A stretch of 64,000 nucleotides of DNA, taken from Octopus sinensis (Eukaryota). Made by a program: the position numbers and the translations under genes. Of this stretch, positions 25,930 to 39,339 are shown piece after piece. Where the stretch lies: the NCBI RefSeq assembly GCF_006345805.1, contig NC_043004.1, positions 59,520,001 through 59,584,000 on the forward strand. Reading direction: 5' to 3'. Position 1 is the stretch's first letter; each line of letters starts with the position of its first letter. Below the pieces are notes generated by a model. That model saw nothing but the letters and a program-made list of their open reading frames with translations, did not search any database and had not been told where the DNA came from.

Positions 25930-28845
25930 CCCTTACCTCGACATTCCTGTTAAATGTACGTGGCATCAACCCATCAATTATTACCCAAAAATGGAAGATC
26001 CCATATATAGAGAGTTGGCTTGCCGAAATGGCACATTGCTTCCCTTTCCTTATCCTTACCGAGACTCACCTGAACAACACTCATATGGACACAGAGGTGA
26101 AAATAAAAGATTTCACCATTGTTCGTGCGGATCGCACAGACCGAAATAAGGGAGGGACAGCCATCTTTATCCATGACTCCTTTTCACTTGATGCCAAGGA
26201 CATATTTTCCAATGGCTACTGTGAATCGTTATCACTATAAAACAAAGCCAAGGACATAACCATTGTTGGTCTTTAGAGGCCTCTCCAGACACCTCTAAGT
26301 ACTTTGAAGATGCTTAGCCTTAGCAAGTCAAGTCCTTCCTTCGGAATACCACTCCGGAAACATACTAGTGATAGGTGATTTTAACCTCCCTCATGTGAAC
26401 TGGCCCACAAATACTCTGAAGTTAGGCAAGTGCTCTACATCAGATAGAGCAGCAGCAAACTGCTCTTTAATCTGATGGATGAGTATTTCCTGACTCAGCT
26501 AGTGCTTGAACCAACGAGACAGAATAAAACGATCTTGGATCTGGTATTGACCAATCACTCTAGCTACGTTCACAGTATTTCAGTCGAAAAACTCTCCTCT
26601 CAGACCACGACATGGTACTCTGCAATCTTAATTCCCGACATATAAAACCAAACCAGCCAATCCCACTCCATGGCACACATTTGACAACATAAACTTCCAC
26701 AAAGCGGACTGGGGAACAATCAGAAAGGATCTGTCTTCCATCGACTGGTCTTTTACTCTCAATTTCCTCATATTGAGACCGCGTGGCAGCACTTTGAAAA
26801 CATTGTCACCTATACATGCTCTAAACACGCTCCCAAGAAATCTACTAACACAAACAGCAACCGGCTCCCTAAAAAGAAAAAGAACACTCATCAGGCGCAT
26901 CAAAAGACTCAACAAAAAAATCAACCAATTAAAAATATTCCACATTCAACAACAATGAAAAGACTAGAGCTGGAAAAACCATTCATCTGCAGACCACATG
27001 AAACCTCCATTGAAAATCAAAGAGCTGTGAAGGAACAATGGGTAATCAAAAACATCAAACAGAACCCAAAAGTGTTCTATTCTTATGCAAATAAGCATAG
27101 AACCACTGTCTCACCCATTGGGCCATTGATTGATGATAACGGCATTCCCCAACACGATGCTAAAGAAATGGCAGAAATACTGCAGAAACAATACTGCTCT
27201 GTCTTTAGTGTTCCCACTGATATTGACGTAAGGGAAACGAACGAAGTTGACTCCCAACAAAATATCGAGACATAACCTTCACTGCCACCGACATCGTAGC
27301 AGCAATAAATGTCAAATCAACATTACTCTGCTGTAGGCCCTGATAGATTTCCCGCTAGTCTCCTGAAGGAATGTAGATACCAACTTGCAGTCCCTCTGAC
27401 CAACCTCTGGAGAAATTCGTTAGACGCAGGTATATACCGAAACAGTTTCTATCCCAGTCGTCATCCCGGTTTCAATAGGGAAACAGATCCCTCGCAGTCA
27501 ACTATCGCCCAATCTCACTCACCTCCCACATCATTAAAGTGTTTGAAAGAGTGTTAAGACCAAGGATAGCTGACTTCCTGGAGACCCACAAACTCCTAAA
27601 TGCTAATCAGCATGGCTTTCGCTGTGGTAGGGACTGTCTAACACAGCTCTTACACCACATTGAAGATGTACTCAAAGCCTTGGGAACAGGTTCGAACTCT
27701 GACGTCATATATCTTGACTTCAGTAAAGCGTTCGACAGGGTAGACCATAACATCCTACTCTCAAAATTGGCAAACGTTGGAATCCGTGGAAAAGTTCTAC
27801 ACTGGATTAAGTATTTCCTGGCGAATAGAACACAACATGTTGTAGTTGATGGAGTCCACTCAATCCCAGCAAAAGTCACCAGCGGTGTTCCCCAGGGAAC
27901 TGTTTTGGGTCCGTTACTCTTCATAATTTACGTAAACGACCTTTCCAGTGTCGTACATTACTGCAAAGTGAAAATATTTGCTGATGACACTAAGATCCAG
28001 CAAATCGTCAATGAAGAAGCAGACCGAACTCAACTCCAGTCTGATCTATATGCTGTGAGTCAATGGGCAGACAGAAACAAAATGCAACTGAATGAGGGAA
28101 AATTTGAGCTGATGCATTTTGGAAGAAATTCCTCACTAAAACAACCATACTCTCTTCCTTCAGGGGAACCGCTCACAGCCTCTAACAATATCAGAGACTG
28201 GGTGTAATTGTTGATGACGATCTCAGTTGGAGTGCACACATCACAACAAAGGTCGATATAGCTCGTAGGATGTGTTCCTGGATGTTAAGACTTTCCGTCC
28301 AGAGAACAAGTGTCATCATACCACTTTTTTCCTCCTTTGTTACGGCCACAACCTTGAATACTGCTGCCCACTGTGGTCTCCTCACACAAGACATCTCCAG
28401 AATTGAGTCACCCCAGAGGGCACTCACTAAACAATTGAAAGCATGGCTGCTCTCGATTATTGGGATCGCCTTAAAGCCTTGTGAATTACGTTACTCCCTC
28501 CAGCGTCACCGTGAGCGGTACATCATTTGTACGATGTGGAAAATATACCGCCAACTTTGCCCAAACGACCTAAAACACTTTCAAGGTTCATCCACGACTT
28601 GGACCACGGCTATACGTCCCCTGCCCAATTCAAGATCACAACATACATGTACACTGCAACATAATTTCTTTTCCTCAACAGGCCCTGCCCTATTTAACAT
28701 TGTCCCGAGGGAGATCAAAGAGGAAAAGAATTCCATCAACTTTAAACAGAGTCTGGATAGATTCCTTCAAAGAATACCAGATAAGCCACCCATAATTGGA
28801 TACAACTCACCCAACAAGAACTCACTACTTGAACAAAACTTGACT
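25930..28845 (+). pseudogene. LINE ORF2 remnant: APE endonuclease plus reverse transcriptase
   Basis: APE motifs LNVRG, LTETHL, RADR..NKGGTAIFI, IGDFNLPHVNW, EPTR..TILDLVLT, SDHD. RT motifs NYRPISLTS, NQHGFR, YLDFSKAFDRVDH, SGVPQGTVLGPLLF, FADDTK; C-terminal YSLQRHRERY. Multiple stops and frameshifts. Confidence 0.92.
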
Positions 28846-28970
28846 TAAACAGGATTCGAATAATCCTATCAGGTGGTGCTATTAAGTTAGACATGGCCTG
28901 GACCAATCTTTGGTCAAAACATATCTAAGTTTATCTAAGTTTATATATATGTATTATATATATATGTATG

Positions 28971-29019
<49 letters not shown>

Positions 29020-30273
29020 TATATTTTTTATGTATGTATATTTAAAATAATACGGGTTAAAAGAAAAATTGATATTAATTTGATTAACATCAATTTAAAC
29101 CAGTGGTCTAACATATAGAAAAATCTGACGATTCAGAAAAAATTATATTACATACCACTAAGATAGGAATGTTCTCCAGAAAAGTTAGTAAACGCCAGTG
29201 GGTCGACTCCTAGCATAATGGATGTCCACTTAGTGGTCATCCCTCATATATGTATGTACATATAGTTGTCAGTTGTGAAACACGTCTGTCACTAATACTA
29301 CTACATAAAACTGATCATTGCGTAACGCATGCAAGTATTGTTTTCATCACAAAATATCTATATACTACTAAATGTATGTGCTTGCTTGCGTCCTTACTTG
29401 CAGGTTTGTCTGTACTTTACTACAGCCAAACTGGCACATAATAGGGAAATGCTCTGAAAGTAAGTTACCGTTAAATGTGAATATAAACGGAATAAAGCAA
29501 GTGTCGCGTAAATCAGACTACAGATTCCTGAGATACTCAGTTTTTTGGGGGTCGCCTTCTTAAATAGCAAAAACAGCGCATATTTTGAAAATACTCGGAA
29601 AGTAACGTAACCCTGAAATGGGAATATATAATACTGAGAAAATTATTTCCATTTATTTTATGTTTACGCTTTATAACAATTCCTTTCGCATTTTTGTAGA
29701 AGTTTGCACGTATGGCATAAATAAATGTTGTTACTAGAGTTCAAATTTATAGCGGAAGTTCTGTTTCTATTAGAGGTCGTAAATAATCAATAAAACTTTA
29801 AACATAAATTTGTAAACCAGAACCATGAGGACGAGAACGAATTGGAATATTTAACTCAATAATCATAAAAATAACTTTCATTTAAATACAATGTTGAAAT
29901 CAGCTTCAATATTTTCTAAAATGAACTGTCTGTGATCGAACGGGTCAGGGAGTAATCTAGTGAATATATAATATTCTATCATTGAGATATTGTAAAAACT
30001 GTAAAGGATAAAGCATGGAAAACAGACAAGGCTGGAATTTCATTGATTGATATATTATTCAATACACAATCATACAAACTCGGATATATATCTTTATCTA
30101 TTTCTCTCTCATTCTCTTTCTGTGTGTGTGTGTGTGTTGTACGCGAATAGTATGAACTTTTTTACCCCCTTACAATTACTCCCGTCCCTCACTTAGCTCT
30201 TTTGTCATAATAACGGTCAATCACACAGTAGTTTCCCTTTGTATAACAGTAATTTTTCATAGTATTTTTCCGA

Positions 30274-30347
30274 TGGCCGGATAACTGAAGAGATGGCGGC
30301 GTGGATTTCCACCTCGACATCCGAAACTCGGAGTTTTATCATGGCTA
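30274..30347 (+). ncRNA. Type I hammerhead ribozyme with extended stem II
   Basis: UGGCC-G-GAUAA-CUGAAGA-GAUG.CGG.GUGGA-UU-UCCAC.UCG.CAUC-C-GAAA-CUC-G-GAG-UU-UUAUC-AU-GGCUA. Canonical core, stem I 5+5 bp, ACUC-G-GAGU stem III, cleavage between 30335 and 30336. Confidence 0.75.
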
Positions 30348-30545
30348 CCGAATAATTGTCACATATTACATTTGCAAATAAATTCCTCTATTTAGATAAT
30401 ATCGAGGTCTCTTTCATTCTTTTGTTGTCTTACCATTTTTATCAATATATATATATAGGGAAAGTTTACGAAGAAAACAAAAGACGAAGACAGGTGGTGT
30501 ACAAAACAAACAAATGTATTAGTATAACGCTCAGGAATAGAAAAA

Positions 30546-30587
30546 GTATTTTACGTTTCAAGCCTACGTCTCTTCTACAGAAAGTAC
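30546..30587 (-). ncRNA. Hammerhead-like core variant (same family as 6349-6386), more decayed
   Basis: Minus strand reads GUACUUU-CUGUAGA-A-GAGAC-GUAG-GCUU-GAAA-CG-UA-AAAUAC. Confidence 0.45.
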
Positions 30588-31314
30588 ACACACACCACAC
30601 ACCATACATATATATATATATATATACACACCACAACACACACACAACACACCATATATATAATATATATATATATAATATATATATATATATACGTGCA
30701 TATAATAAAGATATATACATGTACGTCTACTTATATATGATCACACACTTAATAGAGGGATAGAGTGACAAGGATGCAGTAATCATGATCCAAGCAGCAA
30801 AATTGTATGTTCAATAACATCCCAGAATTTTTTATCACCTATAAAATTTGTACTCTCCTCAGCGTCGTGCATCCCGCTGATTCAGTTTCGTCACATTTGA
30901 TTGTTAAATTGTTGACATTTCTTAGGAAAACTTTGTCATTTATCATGACATTTTAGTAGAGAAAGTATTTTCGATTTTAAACCAGATTCATAGTATGAGA
31001 GTTGGATTTTAATGTATAGACATAAATATCTGTCTTTTGTTCAACTTTCAGTTTTATATATTTCAAGAAGTCTGAATTTATAGGAGTCTGAATGTATAGA
31101 TACATCAAAAACAATCAAGTTATCTGAAATATGTAGTTAACCTTTAACATGCATCCGGTATTTGGCACATCTTTGACAGTCATCTCTTTTACTTATTCTT
31201 ATTCGTGAAATTTTAGAACCGTGCATTCAAAAGCAATTAAGGATTGAATATAGTGTATACAATTTTATATGCATAAACCCACACAGGAATACATCGTCAC
31301 AAACAGTCACACTT

Positions 31315-31356
<42 letters not shown>

Positions 31357-32774
31357 CGTATTTAGAGACGTGTAAATCTAAACTTATACCTACAGACATA
31401 CGTAAATATTCATGTATACAATTATGTATGTATATATATATATGTATATATATATGTATGTGTGTGTGTGTATGTATGTAAACATGCATTATATTGCTTT
31501 CAATAATGAGTGTCTATGTTTATGCCTCACTGAAGGTTCTTAATTTTCCTGCGTTAAATGATGACACTTCAGGATATCAATAGATATTGCGTGTCTACAA
31601 TCTTGGTTTGAATTAATATACATAAGTACTTAGGAATATACATATATATATATATATATATACATATATAAGTGTGTGTGTGTACGTATTATGTATGTAT
31701 GTGAGAGAGTATGTGTGCATATATATGTTCATAAGTTTATCTATGTGTTATGAGAGTTTTCCTTAATTCTTATGTATAGAGAGTCAATTACTTGACCTTT
31801 CGTGAACAGAAATATCCATTTTTGAACATTTGAACTAGCATTACCTCTGACTCCAGAATAATTGTTCAATATTTCCCAATCCTCTTCAGTTTGTGTGTAT
31901 GTGTTCGTGTGTTTTGTGTGTGTGTGTGTGTGTGTATGCGTGCGTGTGTTTAAGTCTACGATGATTTGGAAAGGTGTGACGAGTTATTATTCTAGTTAAT
32001 GATAACATTTTATAAGCTTAAAGCTCATAAGCGATCACCGTGTATTGGCTAATACATGTAGTCTAATATTGGGGTGTATAAGCCCTCAACGGAAATAAAG
32101 ATAAATTAACACACGGAAAATCCCTCATGATTATTCGCATAACAGCTGTTCAATGATATCAAACGGACAGCTGCAACGGAGACTACAAAACCGTGGCCAG
32201 CAGTAGGAAACACAACAGATATTCTGACTGCATCTACACATTGAAAGTCTGCGGAATATATTTGAACCGCACCCCGCACATCATAATCTCAAAGATTATT
32301 ATATGTAAGACACTGTTACTCCCGGCCATTATCTACTTGATATATTTTACTTTTTAAAATATCTTAGTTTGGGATTTTCTCAACTTTTATACAGACTTCG
32401 AAATTTAGCCCGAACAAACATTTTGTCTGTCCCTCTGTCTTTACGTGTGTGTGTGTGTATGTATGCAGCATATATGTATGTAAGCATGTATGTATGTATA
32501 TTTGCATGTGTCTCTACGTATATCCGCTATTTATCTTAAATGTAGTATTGGTTTCAGCGTGCAGGTGCACGCTTACAATGATTCAGTCAAATTCTTCCAG
32601 CCTAGTACTTCTTCTTTAAGCTTGGTACGTATTTTATCATTCCATTTCGGAGACCCGTTAGGTTACAATGAACTGAACACATCATCACCACTTGTCAAGC
32701 GCAGGAAAACACGCGCATACATACACACTCCTTCAGACACAGACGTACTTGCACATGTTCGTATATCTCTAATT

Positions 32775-33330
32775 TGATTATAATTTATTGAACGTAACGG
32801 CCTTCAACTTCTACCACGGCCTCCACGCGGCTCTGGGACCATCTACATGTGTTCCTCACTGTGTTCCTCGCGACCAGCGTGGCCTTAGTATTGGAGGCAG
32901 AGCGGTTGCCATATTCCTCAACCAGTCCCTACGTATAATAACCAATATGATTAGGATCAGGAGAATTCAGAGATCTGAAATTGAGACTGAAGAAGTGGAA
33001 ATTCTCAAATAACCATTTCTGAATTTAACCTAAGTCCCTGTTCAAAAATGTGAGGTGGCATGACGTCATCCTCACGGAAGATATACCGAAACACAATCAC
33101 GGTTTTGTGAGAACTTCATTTTCATGACATGAGAGACATCACATGAATTATAGGCACGTCACCGGATGTCAAAATGTTGTCGACATTTTGATACCGGTTC
33201 GAATGGAAGTCATACAGGTAAATCTTTTCCAATATTCAGATGGTTTCTAGTTATACTTAAGAGAATATAAGTCGGTCTCTAACCAAGTGACAAGACTTTT
33301 TGAGTTAAGAAACTTGGAGCAGGTCTCTAA
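32775..33330 (-). pseudogene. Decayed, internally deleted Tc1/mariner-superfamily transposase (probably DDxD/maT-like)
   Basis: Minus-strand fragments DVMPPHIFEQGLRLNS, NSPDPNHIGYY*GLVE (cf. NSPDLNPLDYYVWG) and C-terminal SRVEAVVEVEGRYVQ*. Confidence 0.6.
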
Positions 33331-33919
33331 GAAAAGGACATGACTTTATTAGTTGAGAGTTTCTGACGTTTGTAGACGCATGTTTTAGTTGGTATGCTGG
33401 TTGAGCTGTCGACGCACACATTCTAGTGCGTAAATCCATTCACCAAATGTATATCAGGTAGAGAATCTTCCTAAGTCTTACAAATATTCACTGTACAATT
33501 GGATTTCGAGAATCCGCGACAATTTCTTTTGCCGTTTCTTCGATATACCTATTAGTTATTGACTTTTGTATAAATTTGTTGGTACATTACTTAATGCATC
33601 TATGATGATAGTTATAAACGAAGATTTATTGCATGCATATACGTATGTATACATGCATGTATGTATGTGTATTTTTAGTGTTTGCGTATCAGGATTGGAT
33701 GGAATGTCAGCCGTGGAGATCGCAAATAACTCCAGAGATGAAATACACTAAGGAACAATGTGTTGTTCATCGAGTTTGTAACAAGTATTTTACTGGTATT
33801 GTGATATCGTCATTTTTCTGAAGGTGTGGCTTGTCCTACACAAATGTTCACCACTAAAAACCAATCACCTGTTTCAGTAGTCTAAAAGCTATATTAATGT
33901 CTTCAACTGTTTGGCACAA

Positions 33920-34110
33920 GACCGGCAGTATCCGAGAAGGAGCTGAGTCGATGGCATCAACTCCGTTGCTTAATTGGTACTTTTTTTATGGACTCCGAAA
34001 GTATATAAAGCAAACTCGACCACAGCGGCCTTTCAATTTACAACGTAAAAACGGACGAAATACCACTAAGAATGTTGCCCTAATAACGATTCTGCCAGTT
34101 CATCGCCTTT
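33920..34110 (-). mobile_element. Degraded SINE family A
   Basis: Diverged match (GACGAAATACCACTAAG...TCTGCCAGTTCATCGCC). Confidence 0.55.
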
Positions 34111-34219
34111 TATAACAGCTATATTATTGGATGTTAAACCATCATGCGTCGAGGCCGACATCATATTACGATCTATTTGTGACCGTAACTCTTATGTCGA
34201 GCAATGTATACATATATAC

Positions 34220-34292
<73 letters not shown>

Positions 34293-34398
34293 GATAAATG
34301 CGATACAATAAAATAATTATAATCGCCGGTGTACCAGTACATATTTATATATACATATATACACATAATATATATATATATATAGATAGATAGATAGC

Positions 34399-34442
<44 letters not shown>

Positions 34443-34549
34443 GGCAGATATATATATACATACATGTGAGTTTGTGTGTATATATATATGTGTGCATGTA
34501 TGTTTATATGTATGCGTGTGTGTGTGCATGTATGAATATATATATATTA

Positions 34550-34593
<44 letters not shown>

Positions 34594-34706
34594 TATATAT
34601 ATGTATGTATGTATATAGTTGAAATTTATAGAGAAACGGAAGTCGAAGACAGGTCTATAAACAACAAGCAGGTGTATCAGTTTGAATCTCGGGAAAGTGA
34701 GAAAGA

Positions 34707-34729
34707 CTTTTACGCAACTCATCAGAAAG
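34707..34729 (-). ncRNA. Hammerhead remnant with canonical CUGAUGA but GAAA deleted
   Basis: Minus strand reads CUUU-CUGAUGA-GUUG-CG-UA-AAAG, inside a relative (34618-34740) of the 6250/30458 repeat. Confidence 0.4.
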
Positions 34730-35640
34730 GAATACGCGGAAGTCAACTGAGAGAGAATCAAATAAACTTGTGGATTTAGCGATCAATCACGTGTATATAT
34801 ACACACGCATAAAGACAGAATGATTCATGTATGTGGCCCACTCAAGTTGAATGAATCGGTATCACTAATATTTTTCTTGAATATTTGCAAAATAGTTTCT
34901 GTTGCAAAAGTAGAAAGAAGGACTAAGTCTAAGTGCACCATCAACCCGCCGACGAGAGCCAATTCGTTGTGTCTAGTTTAGTGTCAGTGGATGAGACTGG
35001 GAATGATAATTAGGCTTGGGAGGTTTCTGTGGAAATAGTATGAATACAAGCTCCTAAATTTTGGATCTAGTACAATCAGAGAGAAAGCCGTAGAGAGAGG
35101 GTTACATGAAAGCTGATCTATATCATAATATAAGGAAGAAAGAAATGAGATGGTGAAGATGCCGACGACTGATTTGTTCAAAGCCTCCCTGGACCTCAAG
35201 TGGCCTGAACTCTTTACATGGGCACCACCCTGTACTTAACTCCATGTCCCCCTACATGGCCTTGCTATTTGCTTTTGAGCCAAATTAACTAACTAACTAA
35301 CATATTTTGACTGAAAGGAATGACGTATATGTACATACATGTGTTGACAGAACAGTAGGAATGGTACTTATGTAAGTGATAAATATATAGACATTTATAT
35401 AGAGACAGATAAATGCATACATATCTGCAAACTTTGAAGGATAAAAAATGAAAGACAATTAAAGAAATGGGAGGGTGAGAGAGAAGGTAAGAGAGAGAGA
35501 GAGAGAGAGGGGACAGAGAAGGAGAGAGAGAGAGGTTGAACTATTTAACCAGCCATCAAAGAACAGTTATAAATAATTTGGGAATAAGAATTGTTTTTGC
35601 TTTCCTGTATACTTTGAAATTATGCATGTATGCAGGTATA

Positions 35641-35885
35641 GGCACAGACGTGGCTGGGTGGTAAGAAGTTTGCTTCAAAACCACCTGGCCCGGGGTTCAG
35701 ACGCACTGCGTGGCACCTTGGTGACTGACCAGATCCTTCTGAATGGATTTGGTAGACGGAAACTGAAACCGTATATACATATGCGTGTGTGAGTGTGTGT
35801 GTGTGTGTGTGTCCTAGGATCGAATTGTTCGACTGAAGGCGGTATTCCAGCATGGCCGCAGTTAAATGATTGAAACAAGTAAAGG
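35641..35885 (+). mobile_element. SINE family B with internal deletions
   Basis: Head GGCACAGACGTGGCTGGGTGGTAAG and tail GGCGGTATTCCAGCATGGCCGCAG...GAAACAAGTAAAG. Confidence 0.75.
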
Positions 35886-35911
35886 TAATAAAGTAATATA
35901 TATACATACAT

Positions 35912-35946
<35 letters not shown>

Positions 35947-35960
35947 ATATATATATACAT

Positions 35961-36047
<87 letters not shown>

Positions 36048-36484
36048 CGTTCTAATGGAATAATGTCAAGTTGACATATACTAAATATTCCCATTCAGAT
36101 ATTAATATGAATAGCTGAAATATATGATTAAGCATTATTCTGGAAAAGCCCTATTCTCGAAAAACATTATGCATTATTTAACTATTTATGGCATGGAAAA
36201 TACAAAACGTGACGTTGAAAATTTCACCATATGATATTTAAAACTAAATTAATGCCAATGAAAGGAACCTTCCCGCGGTTAACGCCAAAGTTTCACTTTC
36301 TCTATTCAGTTAGGTAAAGGTATTCTAAAATTAGCCTTAAAATAATAGAATAATCATATTAATGATCATATCCAACTCAGGTGGAAGGGCAGGTATTGTA
36401 GAATAGAGGTAGTTATTGTGAAATTGTCTATACCACTTGCCTTTTGTATTTCCTTCATGCTTTAGTTTGATCAAAACTAATCTT

Positions 36485-37410
36485 TTTTACTCTAGGCACA
36501 AGGCCCGAAATTTTTGGGGAGGCACGGCCAATCTATTACATCCACCTCAGTACGCAACTGGTACTTGTACTTAATTTATCGACCCCGAAAGTATGAAAGG
36601 CAAAGTCGACCTCGGTGTAATTTGAACTCAGAGCATAGAGACAGACGGAATATCTATTTCTTTACTACCCACAAGGAGCTAAACACAGAGGGGACAAACA
36701 AGGACAGACAAACGGATTAAGTCGATTACATCGACTTCAGTGCATAACTCGTACTTAATCTATCGATCCCGAAAGGATGAAAGGCAAAGTCGACCTCAAC
36801 GGAATTTGAACGTAGCGGCAAGCGAAATACCTATTTCTTTACTACCCACAAGGAGCTAAACACAGAGGCGACAAACAAGGACAGACAAACGGAGTAAGTC
36901 GATTACATCGACTCCAGTGCATAACTGGTACTTAATCTATCGATCCCGAAAGGATGAAAGGCAAAGTCGACCTCAACGGAATTTGAACGTAGCGGCAAGC
37001 GAAATACCTATTTCTTTACTACCCACAAGGAGCTAAACACAGAGGCGACAAACAAGGACAGACAAACGGAGTAAGTCGATTACATCGACTCCAGTGCATA
37101 ACTGGTACTTAATCTATCGATCCCGAAAGGATGAAAGGCAAAGTCGACCTCAGCGGAATTTGAACGTAGCGGCAAGCGAAATACCTATTTCTTTACTACC
37201 CAGAAGGGACTAAGCACAGAGAGGACAAACAAGGACAGACAAACGGATTAAGTCGATTATATCGACCCCAGTGCGTAACTGCTACTTAATTTATCGACCC
37301 CGAAAGCATGAAAGGCAAAGTCGACCTCGGCGGAATTTGAACTCAGAACGTAACGGCAGACGAAACACCACTAAGCATGTCGCTCTGCGTGCTAACGTTT
37401 CTGCCAGCTC
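36485..37410 (-). mobile_element. SINE family A concatemer: 177-bp tandem units plus head
   Basis: CTATTTCTTTACTACCC recurs at 36654, 36831, 37008 and 37185; head at about 37360-37410; an extra variant-tailed unit at 36485-36653. Confidence 0.92.
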
Positions 37411-37663
37411 GCTGCCTTGGTCGAAACTAATAATGATGACAGTAACGGTTGCAAATAATGGCACACGGCCAGCAATTTCGTGGTAGGTTTGTAACTTGAT
37501 TACGTCGAACACAATGTTCGCATGGTACTTATTTTATCGATACTGAGAGAAAAAAAAATCGACGTCATCTTTATTCGAAATCTGAACGTAAATACGAACG
37601 AGATGCAACAACGCAATTTGCCCGGCGTGCAAACGACTCTGCCACCTCGCCACCATCACCACC

Positions 37664-37712
<49 letters not shown>

Positions 37713-38380
37713 TGATAAAATACGCACCCCTCTATTACTTGGGCCGATGTAAGAGACTTACTTACTCCTCAAATTTGCTGGCCTTGTGCGACAATTTGAA
37801 ACGTATATTAGCTGCATGAAGATAAGCCATCAAAGAGGATTTTCGACTTAATTTGAACTCAGATCGCTACAGAATTGTACTGAAAACAATAAGAAATCAG
37901 AGTTCGATATATAAATTTTACTTGTACATTATATTAACAATAATATTAATAACATCATATAATACTATAATTTTGAAGAAACATTATTCTGACTATAATA
38001 GTGTGCCTAATCATCATTCTACATTATACAGCAGTTTCTCTAATATATCAGAATATATTTTGTAATTGGAAGAATATATTTATTTATCAAGGAATTCTCT
38101 ACTCTGTGCGTTCCTTTTAGCGTTAAATAGTGGTCTAATTACGGATATCGTCTATTGTTCCATTTTCTTATTCACTGCTTCACTGATCATTAAGTCACAT
38201 TTATTGAATGCAGTTATTTCAAATAACTAATTTTCTCTTGTAAAACATTGTACTATTCAAACATTATATTTTTTCTATCGTTACTATTTATCAGGATTAT
38301 TGATTTTTACACTGCAGCCTATCAATACACGCACGTACACACACAAACATAAATAGATACCTGAACTCATACCTGCATGC

Positions 38381-38424
<44 letters not shown>

Positions 38425-38961
38425 AATATATATATATATAACATATATCAATACAGACATACATATAAGAATGTATGTATGTGTGTATATATGTATGTGT
38501 ATATATGAGTGTGTCTGCGTACACTATCAAAATGTAACTGCTCCTACTAACACACATTAACACACGAGAGCACACACAAACATAAACTCATACAAACAAA
38601 TACGCACGTATATTTATATACTTATGTATACGGATATAATACATTAGAATGGTAGGGTTCCGCTTTTCAGTACTCACTAATATTCGTTTCCGATCATCCG
38701 CTAGTAAACTGATTCTGGTTTTCTTTTGAAACATCCATACCTGAATCATAAATCAACAGATTTTCTGTGGGTGCGTGTATATATATATATAGGAGGTTAT
38801 GAGATGTAATGGTGTCATTGAGGCCCAAAGGTGTCAGGTAATGCTGAATAAGTGCTATAGATAGATCATAGTTAAGTTCCAGGTCCGATGATTATGCGAA
38901 TAAGGGGTTCAACATTGGTCATATGTCAGCGCGTGTATACAATTTTTTTTTTCATAATGAG

Positions 38962-39040
38962 ATAAAAAACCAAGGCTGTGTAGATTATAGAACATTTATA
39001 GATCTATAAACGTTCTAAAATCTACACAGCCTTGGTTTTT

Positions 39041-39043
<3 letters not shown>
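38962..39043. repeat. 82-bp spacerless palindrome with 2 mismatches
   Basis: ATAAAAAACCAAGGCTGTGTAGATT...TTTATAGA|TCTATAAA...AATCTACACAGCCTTGGTTTTTTAT; centre between 39002 and 39003. Confidence 0.95.
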
Positions 39044-39116
<73 letters not shown>

Positions 39117-39339
39117 ATAGATAGATAGATATATATATATAATTACACACACACATATATACATACATATATATATATGTACAGATAAATGGTACGGGTA
39201 CATATACACATGCACTACATATATACATGCATATGTGTGTGTGTATGTATGTGTGTTTGTATATCTATCTAATTGTTTAAGTATCCATATGTATCTATGT
39301 GTGTATGTGCGTTTGTATAATATATGTGAAAGCAGATAT

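Larger units (their letters stand above)
24880..28942 (+). mobile_element. Near full-length, disrupted CR1-group non-LTR retrotransposon (LINE)
   Basis: ORF1-like region with Cys/His fingers, then APE and RT motifs across several frames; 3' end in tandem ATCTAAGTTT x2 (28923-28942). Clade assignment is from motif recall. 5' boundary approximate. Confidence 0.88.

Noticed and set aside
27981-27987. CTGATGA hammerhead core
   Set aside because: It is the FADD codons of the RT; no GAAA or stems.
31855-31895. Minus-strand CUGAAGA-7 nt-GAAA followed by a hairpin
   Set aside because: Stem II and stem I do not pair; probably chance.
36654-37361. Regularly spaced repeats resembling a CRISPR array
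   Set aside because: Units are contiguous 177-bp SINE bodies with no unique spacers, in eukaryotic DNA.
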